NCBI GenBank assembly: GCA_002772995.1 | Contig: PFCO01000003.1 | Location: 74,253 to 136,756, forward strand | Origin: Candidatus Niyogibacteria bacterium CG10_big_fil_rev_8_21_14_0_10_46_36 | GTDB lineage: Bacteria; Patescibacteriota; Minisyncoccia; 1-14-0-10-42-19 | Reading direction: 5' to 3' | Length of the DNA: 62,504 bases | In this document: positions 55,657-62,504 of the stretch, piece after piece | How positions within the stretch are numbered: position 1 is the stretch's first letter | How the letters are laid out: each line of letters opens with the position of its first letter | Made by a program: the position numbers and the translations under genes | Notes under the pieces: generated by a model | Database searches by the model: none | What the model saw: the letters and a program-made list of their open reading frames with translations, nothing else | Told to the model about the DNA's origin: nothing

Positions 55657-57975
55657 TCAATTAGAATCTGATTCGGATGTTATTTTTTCAGGCATCGTCC
55701 TGCCTTCGTCAGGATCAATATCTATTTCACAGGTACCGCTGACGCACGCAAGCTCTTTTGCGCCGGTGGTGTTGTCCTCTTTTTCATACGCAACAATTTG
55801 TGAAAAATCAATCTTCGGCATTTTTCCCATAAGCTCGTGGTACTTTTCTGCGCTTATTGCTTCATACGGCGCCAATTGGTACGCGTGCTCTGACTTTGGC
55901 AAGAATGAAAGGCCGCCCAAGATATCCCAGCGCTTGTAAAGCCAATTTGCGGTTTCTATCCATTCGTCGTGTCCCACAGAAACAGTCACTGAAGGATTGT
56001 GTTCGGTGAAACTACTCTTTACCATCTCCCAATGCTTCAATTGATCAAGCGCACTCAGGTTTATGATTGCTTTTTCTGGAGCTTTTACCGGAAATTCGAG
56101 AACGAATGTCGTTGCGGAATTGTCATGTTGTCCCACTTCAGGATAATAGGGAAATTTCTGGTCCTTCAACATATGAAAGAGCGGGTCAGTCGCTGAAATG
56201 CGCACGCGCCGGATATAATATTTTGCGTGCCTCGTATGCATCCCCGAAGAAGCATCAACAAGCTGCGAAACGGTCCCTGACGGCTTGACGCATGTAACAC
56301 AGGTTGAGGGATTGATACCAAGCCGACGCGCATACATCTCATTCGTTCGTACAGCGATCTCCTTCATGCGTTCGAGCGTTTCGGGGTTGCGCACCGCAGG
56401 AGCATCCCATTGCCCAGTGATGGAAACACCGAGCAAGCGTTCTTCTGCACAATTCTCTTTCCATTCCTTTGAGAGAAACGGGAAATGAGTCAAAGATGAC
56501 TGGTATGTTCCGAGCATAGCGGCGAGACGCGCTTTACGGAAAAGCGAATCTTGCGTATCTTCTTCCCGCGCGACAACCTCCGACAAGTTACAAAACTGTT
56601 TTGAACGGAGCACAATCTCTCCGCACGGATTTGTCCCACATGTAGCGCTATGCGGCTTGAATACCTTCCATCGCCGTGCAGGCAATTGTCTTTTAAGACT
56701 TCCCCGGTTGAAAATACCGCGCTCCCCTGTTCCTGATTGTGCGAGCGCTAACCACTCCTGCATAAATTCGGTTGCGGTTGGACGCTCGTTGTATACTGCG
56801 GAGTTATTCGCCATAGAACGCTGGGGTTCTGTGAGATAAAATTGCCCAGTTTTTGCATGGCGCATCTCTTTGTCATCCAAATCAGAAAGCGAAATCAAAG
56901 CGCTCCGCCGGACACCTCCCATAACAACGACTTCTCCGGTCTTACAAATCACATCGTGAATATCAAGATTTGAAAGCCGCCGGCCCTGGCGTGCGAGTAT
57001 CTTTGAGCGGGAAAAATCCAAAAGGGCACGCAACGGCTCCGGCCCCGAACTTCGTCCTCCCATAGTGGAAAGACGCGCGCCCGCAGGACGAAGCTGTGAA
57101 TAATCAAAAGCGATATCTTTCCCTGCATACCATGTCTTGAGTCCAAGCGTTAATGCTTCGGCCCATCCCTCTTTGCTGTCCCCAACAACATGTGTAGGAA
57201 GCTTTTCTCCGTGTTGGCGCCTTACAATGGGGAGCTGCTGAACCGTTTGTGATTCAACGGAATACCCGACACCCGTTCCGCACATCAGAAGATACATAAT
57301 CTCTGCAAAATCTTCAATCTTTGACGGAGCAATAAACGAGCAGTTGTATGCTGTTGCATTCGTCTTCCGAGCAGCTTCGCCGGCGCTCCATAAAAGACGC
57401 ATGGACGGCATCACCTCTTGTTTTAATATTGCAGTTCGCAATTCCTGGTATTCTTGATCAGTAAACGCATCCTTAATGTTCTCACGCATAAAATTAATAT
57501 AACGATCAACCGTTTCTATCCATGTTTCGCGCCTTCCCTCATCTTCAATCCAGCGTGAGTATGTCCGATAATAAATAAATTCTGCAAGCGGATTTCTGAA
57601 ATACGTTTTACTATCTTGCGCAAGCTTTTGAATGTGCTCGGGAATCGTTTTCTTTTTTTCACGGATATGCGCGCGTTCACTTCGGTATAAAATATATGCC
57701 TTTGCAGTCTTTGGAAAATCCAAAAGGATGAGGCTTTCTTCTACTATGTCTTGTATCGCCTCAATTGAGGGAACACCGCCGCGAGGATACCGCGCCGCTA
57801 AGCGCTGAATAACGCGGTCGGTAATACGAAAAGAATCGCGCTGAGGGTTTCCCTCACCGCTTGCTTGCATCGCACGAGAAATCGCGCTACTAATTCTATT
57901 TTTGTCAAAAGGAACAACCCGACCATCGCGCTTTCGCACGGATTGGACCAAAAAAGAGGATGCGTGAGACACCAT
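55657..57975 (-). CDS. nrdJ: Class II (adenosylcobalamin-dependent) ribonucleotide reductase, monomeric RTPR type, with N-terminal ATP cone
   Basis: ATP cone VRKRDG..VPFD; RTYSRW; AYNCSF; GGVRRSA; TNPCGEI; CNLSEV; TCVKPSGTVS; C-terminal CVSGTC. Confidence 0.93.
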   Translation of the reverse strand: MVSHASSFLVQSVRKRDGRVVPFDKNRISSAISRAMQASGEGNPQRDSFRITDRVIQRLAARYPRGGVPSIEAIQDIVEESLILLDFPKTAKAYILYRSERAHIREKKKTIPEHIQKLAQDSKTYFRNPLAEFIYYRTYSRWIEDEGRRETWIETVDRYINFMRENIKDAFTDQEYQELRTAILKQEVMPSMRLLWSAGEAARKTNATAYNCSFIAPSKIEDFAEIMYLLMCGTGVGYSVESQTVQQLPIVRRQHGEKLPTHVVGDSKEGWAEALTLGLKTWYAGKDIAFDYSQLRPAGARLSTMGGRSSGPEPLRALLDFSRSKILARQGRRLSNLDIHDVICKTGEVVVMGGVRRSALISLSDLDDKEMRHAKTGQFYLTEPQRSMANNSAVYNERPTATEFMQEWLALAQSGTGERGIFNRGSLKRQLPARRWKVFKPHSATCGTNPCGEIVLRSKQFCNLSEVVAREEDTQDSLFRKARLAAMLGTYQSSLTHFPFLSKEWKENCAEERLLGVSITGQWDAPAVRNPETLERMKEIAVRTNEMYARRLGINPSTCVTCVKPSGTVSQLVDASSGMHTRHAKYYIRRVRISATDPLFHMLKDQKFPYYPEVGQHDNSATTFVLEFPVKAPEKAIINLSALDQLKHWEMVKSSFTEHNPSVTVSVGHDEWIETANWLYKRWDILGGLSFLPKSEHAYQLAPYEAISAEKYHELMGKMPKIDFSQIVAYEKEDNTTGAKELACVSGTCEIDIDPDEGRTMPEKITSESDSN

Positions 57976-58055
57976 ACAAATATAAGATGGAACTTAATGA
58001 TAAAGAATATGATTGAGGAAACGCAAAGAAGTGAGGTCGGGGCGTTCTGTTGAGA

Positions 58056-59192
58056 TTAGTCTTTTCGAGAGCGTCTGAGAAATGCGGGAATAGTATTCCA
58101 GTCTTCCTTCTCTTCTATTGTATCATTTTTTCCATCATCCTCTGCAAGCGAGTTTTCCACTGTTTGCTTTTGAGCCTTCTTTATAGGGAAGGTTTGGCCT
58201 GTTTTCCCCTCAGAAAAGAGGGTTTTTGAGACACCCCCCTCGGGGAATCCTGAGGCAATGACAGTTATTTTGATCTCGTTTTTCTTTAATCGCTCATCGT
58301 GCAACGCTCCGAAAATCACACGGGCATCCTTATCAATAGCATCCGTAATAATGCGCGCCGCTTCTTGAATTTCCCACATAGTCATATCAGGACCGCCGGC
58401 AATTGAGAAGAGCACCCCGCGCGCACCGTCAATAGACATATCCAAAAGAGGAGAATTGATTGCTTTATGAGCCGCTTCTTCAGCGCGCTTCTCTCCCGTA
58501 GCAGTGCCAATACCCATAAGCGCTGACCCCGCATTCTGCAAAATTGCGCGGACATCCGCAAAGTCAACATTGATAATGCCTGGGAGCATAATAAGGTCGG
58601 AGATTCCTTCTACCGCCTGGCGTAATACTTCGTCACACATCGCAAACGCATCAAGAAATGTGGTTTCTTTTTCAATAGCGGTGAGCAAGCGGTCGTTCGG
58701 AATAACCACCATTGCGTCTACTGATGAACGAAGACGATCAAGTCCCGAATCTGCTATCCTCCCGCGCTCCGCTCCTTCAAAGCCAAATGGCCTTGTAACC
58801 ACGCCAACAGTAAGCGCGCCTTGTGAGCGTGCCGCTTCCGCAACAACCGGACTTGCGCCTGTTCCCGTGCCTCCTCCCATGCCGCAGGTAACAAAAACCA
58901 TGTCAGCACCTTTGAGCGCTTCTTGGATTTCATCGCGCGTTTCTTCAGCAGCTTGCCGCCCCACTTCAGGATCCATCCCAGCACCCAGCCCTTTAGTGAG
59001 ATTTTTACCAATATGTATCTTTTTTGACGCTTCAGAATTGTGAAGATCTTGCGTGTCGGTGTTTACCGCAACAAAATCAACGCCTTTTACTTTTGACCGT
59101 ATCATGTGGTCAACGGCATTCAAACCGGAACCGCCGGTGCCGACTACTTTGATACGAGCAAATGCTTCAATTTCAGGTTTTATGTTTGCCAT
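58056..59192 (-). CDS. ftsZ: Cell division protein FtsZ
   Basis: TKGLGAG, GGGTGTG, NVDFAD, C-terminal IPAFLR. Confidence 0.98.
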   Translation of the reverse strand: MANIKPEIEAFARIKVVGTGGSGLNAVDHMIRSKVKGVDFVAVNTDTQDLHNSEASKKIHIGKNLTKGLGAGMDPEVGRQAAEETRDEIQEALKGADMVFVTCGMGGGTGTGASPVVAEAARSQGALTVGVVTRPFGFEGAERGRIADSGLDRLRSSVDAMVVIPNDRLLTAIEKETTFLDAFAMCDEVLRQAVEGISDLIMLPGIINVDFADVRAILQNAGSALMGIGTATGEKRAEEAAHKAINSPLLDMSIDGARGVLFSIAGGPDMTMWEIQEAARIITDAIDKDARVIFGALHDERLKKNEIKITVIASGFPEGGVSKTLFSEGKTGQTFPIKKAQKQTVENSLAEDDGKNDTIEEKEDWNTIPAFLRRSRKD

Positions 59193-59299
59193 AGAATAGA
59201 GAAAAAACAATCTAATGCACTCCCATAATAAATAAAAAAAATACCCGTTTCAAGGATATTATTACAAGAACATAGAGCAAGAAAAAAATCCAGCCCCTC

Positions 59300-60472
59300 C
59301 TACGGCAGAAACGCCTTAAACCAGCGCCACAAAAGTGAACCCCCTTTTTGTGAAAATCCTGAGAACATGCCGCCCCCACTTTCTATATCAGACTCATACG
59401 CCATAAGACAAAGCCCAGCAACCGTTGCAAAACGCGGATCAAATTCCTCTGCCAGCTCGGATTCCTCAAGGGCACGCGCAACTTCAACCGGAAGCTTAAG
59501 GGAATCCCGCCCCATTGCTTCAATGTTAAACAAATGCGATCCCCCTCCGGCAAGAATGACACCGCCCGGCAAAAGACCGTCCCGGTTTATCTTTTTAAGA
59601 TGCGCGTCAACCGATTCAAATATGTCGCCCGCACGCGCCGTGATTATTTCTTCTATATGTTTTTTTGTTGAACCGCGAAAATTCCGGTATTCCTGCTTTT
59701 GACGCTCTGCTTCTTCAAGTCCAATCCGGAGTCCGATAGCAATATCGTGAGTAATTGCCTGCGCCCCTATAGGAAATGTTTTCACCGATACTGGGACGCC
59801 CTCTTCAAAAATTGCGGCGCTCACCGTACCCGCGCCGATATCCAGCGTCATCACACCCACTTCTTTTTTGTGCTGAGAAAGCACTGCGCGTGATGCCGCA
59901 AGCGGAGAAGCGACCACATCATCAACCGCAATACCTACCCGCTCGGCGCATGCTGCAATATGTTCTATCTGCTGAGACAGCGCAGTAACAAAAAGCGTTT
60001 CCGCTTCAAGGCGGGAACCGGTAATGCCCACCGGGTTCCGGGTAATAAGATCTTTATCAACGCGGAACAATATAGGAAACCGATGAAGAATTTCTTTGTT
60101 GTGATGCGGCACAATACTTGCGTAACTCGCATCAAGCACCCGGCTGACATCACGTTCGGTAATATCTCCTCCATTTGCGTACGGGAGCACGAGAGAGCCG
60201 CGCGCAATAGAAGAATCAAGACTTGCGCCTCCATACGAAAAAAAGGCTGACGAAACCTTGGTGCCCGCCATTTTTGTCGCTTGAAAAAGAGATTTTTTCA
60301 GTTGTGTCGCCGCCGCATCAATATCTATGATGTCCCCTCGCCGTACGCCCTCCGAATGCACATCCCCCACTCCCCTGATCTGCATGCGCCCGCTTGCGTC
60401 ATCCCATTCCGTTATCATCGTCTGAATGCTGGAAACTCCGATATCAATGCCTGTAGCGATGTGACGCGCCAT
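59300..60472 (-). CDS. ftsA: Cell division protein FtsA
   Basis: GIDIG, LDIGAGT, ITHDIA, LAGGGS. Confidence 0.93.
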   Translation of the reverse strand: MARHIATGIDIGVSSIQTMITEWDDASGRMQIRGVGDVHSEGVRRGDIIDIDAAATQLKKSLFQATKMAGTKVSSAFFSYGGASLDSSIARGSLVLPYANGGDITERDVSRVLDASYASIVPHHNKEILHRFPILFRVDKDLITRNPVGITGSRLEAETLFVTALSQQIEHIAACAERVGIAVDDVVASPLAASRAVLSQHKKEVGVMTLDIGAGTVSAAIFEEGVPVSVKTFPIGAQAITHDIAIGLRIGLEEAERQKQEYRNFRGSTKKHIEEIITARAGDIFESVDAHLKKINRDGLLPGGVILAGGGSHLFNIEAMGRDSLKLPVEVARALEESELAEEFDPRFATVAGLCLMAYESDIESGGGMFSGFSQKGGSLLWRWFKAFLP

Positions 60473-60495
60473 ATACTTTAGTATAACGCAATTTT

Positions 60496-60909
60496 TCAGC
60501 GTTTGACAAAATATCCAAAAAACTTCTCCTCTTGCCCCGTCATACGAATCTCATCCTTTCTGTGCTTGTGGTCATATCCCTTTATATGAAGCAGTCCATG
60601 TATGTAGAGACACATAAGGCGTTCCCGGAATGAATCCCCGTAGCGCTCTGCTTCTTTCCGTATTTGATCTTTATTCAACAACACCTCGCCTATGCCATCT
60701 CCAAGTAGAAAAGAAAGAACATTTAATGCATGATTCGGCTCAAAATGAAACTTTTTTTGCGCCCGCAAAATGCGCCGCACACGGCGCATTTCAGTATCGG
60801 AAAGTATTGCAACGCTTATCTGAAAACGCTTCCCCAATATTTTTGTTTGTATGTCCTGCCACGGCACCGAACGAAACCGTTGTGCCGCAGAGTTCAACTC
60901 AACCGCCAT
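60496..60909 (-). CDS. ybeY: Endoribonuclease YbeY
   Basis: NVLSF, HGLLHIKGYDH. Confidence 0.9.
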   Translation of the reverse strand: MAVELNSAAQRFRSVPWQDIQTKILGKRFQISVAILSDTEMRRVRRILRAQKKFHFEPNHALNVLSFLLGDGIGEVLLNKDQIRKEAERYGDSFRERLMCLYIHGLLHIKGYDHKHRKDEIRMTGQEEKFFGYFVKR

Positions 60910-61372
60910 TTTTTTCTTGGGTCATGAGATGTTCGCGCACCATCTGTGAGATGCGATCTCCCGACGCTTTACCCTTAAGCACCGGCATAATGGCCTTCAT
61001 GACATTACTAAAGTCGGCCATGCTTTTCGCATTCGCTTCGCGCATACCCTCTTCAATACGCGACCGCAACTCCTCATCAGACATTTCGGGGGGGAGATAT
61101 GAAGAGAGCACATTGAGCTCTTTTGATTCTTTTTCTGCAAGCTCTTCGCGGCCTCCTTCCCGGAAACTCTCAATTGAATCTTTTCGTTTTTTTGCCTCAC
61201 TCCGAATCACTTCCACAACCTCCTCATCAGACAACCCGACATCCTTTTTGCGGAGCTCTATTTCTTTATTGGTGATTGCGGATGAAAGCATTCGCAACGT
61301 CGAAAGCCGCGCCTCATCTTTATCGCGCATCGCTTTCTTTACATCGTCGTAAATAGTTTGTTTGAGACTCAT
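60899..61372 (-). CDS. yqeY: GatB/YqeY domain protein
   Basis: AMRDKD..RLSTLR, KKRKDSIESF, YLPP, GKASG. Confidence 0.92.
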   Translation of the reverse strand: MSLKQTIYDDVKKAMRDKDEARLSTLRMLSSAITNKEIELRKKDVGLSDEEVVEVIRSEAKKRKDSIESFREGGREELAEKESKELNVLSSYLPPEMSDEELRSRIEEGMREANAKSMADFSNVMKAIMPVLKGKASGDRISQMVREHLMTQEKNGG

Positions 61373-61554
61373 GCCCCGTTAGAAGTCTGGCTAGGTTGTA
61401 ATATTTAAGCACACAACATCATATCTTGCCTTTTTATACCGCCATGCGTCTTGTAATAAAAAATTTCTTAAAATTTTTATCCAAGACGCCTAACGGGGCG
61501 TAGATATGTGGATGTATATCTAGTATACCAGAAATAAAACTCCGGCGTCATCCA

Positions 61555-61815
61555 TTATTTTCTCCGATTCGTCTTTCCCGTTTTAAGCTTGCCTATCTTC
61601 CGCAAATATTGGACTTCCTTCGCCCGGGACATACGCCGAAGCGCGGCGTCTTTTTTCTTTTTTTGAGACAATGGACGCGCGCGGAATTGGCCCGAGCGAA
61701 CCTTACGCACGACCCCTAATTGCTGCGCTTTTTTAGAAAAACGCCGAACAAGCGCTCCCGGAGTTTCGCTCTGGCGCCGTTTAACTTCTATAATTGTGGT
61801 ATTTTTTGCACTCAT
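61555..61815 (-). CDS. rpsU: 30S ribosomal protein S21 (divergent)
   Basis: ALVRRFSKK; located upstream of yqeY as in the conserved rpsU-yqeY order; highly basic. Confidence 0.75.
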   Translation of the reverse strand: MSAKNTTIIEVKRRQSETPGALVRRFSKKAQQLGVVRKVRSGQFRARPLSQKKKKDAALRRMSRAKEVQYLRKIGKLKTGKTNRRK

Positions 61816-61817
61816 AA

Positions 61818-62156
61818 TTATTTATGTGGCTCTGCCTTGTCCCATCCCCCCATAAGATGAAGATGTATGTGATCGATAAGTTGTCCTCCCTTTCGTCCTA
61901 CATTAAACAATAATTTATATCCGTCAATATGTTTCTCCCGCGCCACATCCCGCGCTTTCAAAAAAAGCTTTCCCACCAAAGGGGCGTCCCCATCTTCTAA
62001 TTCGCTTACAGAAACAATATGCTTCCTGGGGACAATAAGAAGGTGCACTGGCGCCGAAGGGCGGATATCAGTGAACACGACTATGTCGCTATCCTCCGAA
62101 ACAATGTCTGCTTCTTTCTCCTTGCGGACAATAGAGCAAAAAAGGCATGAATCCAT
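61818..62156 (-). CDS. HIT-family nucleotide hydrolase
   Basis: CLFC, DIRPSAPVHLLIVP, HIHLHLMGG. Confidence 0.93.
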   Translation of the reverse strand: MDSCLFCSIVRKEKEADIVSEDSDIVVFTDIRPSAPVHLLIVPRKHIVSVSELEDGDAPLVGKLFLKARDVAREKHIDGYKLLFNVGRKGGQLIDHIHLHLMGGWDKAEPHK

Positions 62157-62167
62157 ACTGAAGTGTG

Positions 62168-62504
62168 TTATTTATTCTTCTTTTTTTTCTTTAAATAGTC
62201 AAGAAGCTTTTCCTGCGGAACAATCTCCTGCATGCCGGTATCCATATCGCGCACAATTACTGTGTTGTCAATCGCTTCTTTCTGCCCCAAAATGATAGAA
62301 TGCGAAACGCCCAATTGAGCGGCGTGTTTTAGCTGATTCTTAATGCTGTCTTTAGAAAGAGACGACGCAACAGAAAGACGCGCTTTACGGAATTGCTCAA
62401 GCAGCAAAAAACTTTGTTGCTTTGCTTGCGGCCCTAGCTGGATAAAAAATAATCTCGGTGACTCTTGTTTAATTCCTTTGTTTTTCCGTGAAAGCATTTC
62501 TTCA
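62168..62504 (-). CDS. hisS: Histidyl-tRNA synthetase, C-terminal anticodon-binding domain (5'-truncated)
   Basis: IKNQLKHAAQLG, ILGQKE, VRDMDTGMQE; frame open to the window edge. Confidence 0.85.
   Translation of the reverse strand, partial: EEMLSRKNKGIKQESPRLFFIQLGPQAKQQSFLLLEQFRKARLSVASSLSKDSIKNQLKHAAQLGVSHSIILGQKEAIDNTVIVRDMDTGMQEIVPQEKLLDYLKKKKKNK

Noticed and set aside
1-62504. CRISPR array
   Set aside because: No regularly spaced direct repeats with unique spacers; the only long direct repeats are in-frame within the first gene.
1-62504. Prophage, integrase or transposase
   Set aside because: No recombinase, DDE transposase, terminase or capsid motifs recognised in any ORF.
1-62504. 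Alternative genetic code (TGA = Gly, as in Gracilibacteria/Absconditabacteria)
   Set aside because: Conserved genes end at TGA at expected positions (for example the M15 peptidase at 15485), and long core ORFs are intact under code 11.

Overview
Chromosomal segment of a reduced-genome bacterium, most likely Patescibacteria/CPR (Parcubacteria-like). This assignment is inferred from Lys-rich ribosomal-protein extensions, core genes lacking Shine-Dalgarno (SD) sites, dense bidirectional terminators and many short membrane ORFs. Genetic code 11 fits, with TGA used as stop. Core content: the str, S10 and spc ribosomal clusters (rpsL to rplR, minus strand), fusA, tuf, rpmB, rpsU, ftsA, ftsZ, rarA, class II nrdJ, ybeY, the end of hisS, RNase P RNA, and four tRNAs (Asn-GTT, His-GTG, Pro-GGG, Lys-CTT). 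The accessory set is unusually rich in catabolic genes: tryptophanase, a Cys/Met gamma-lyase, an animal-type glutamate dehydrogenase, an amidinotransferase-fold enzyme, a class III aminotransferase, an ALDH7-type dehydrogenase, an acyl-CoA dehydrogenase, a fatty acid desaturase and a phosphorylase lacking its PLP lysine. Most of these accessory genes carry SD sites. The most striking structure is a nested tRNA-Pro locus (44710-44959). There a complete tRNA-Pro, clamped by an 18-bp perfect inverted repeat, sits between the 5' and 3' parts of a second tRNA-Pro whose halves co-vary with each other. Other candidates are an anticodon-domain-less AsnRS paralog directly upstream of tRNA-Asn, a structured leader before yqeY, a gene pair inserted between fusA and tuf, and an spc operon that stops at rplR. 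All calls come from motif recognition and manual reading; no database searches were run.
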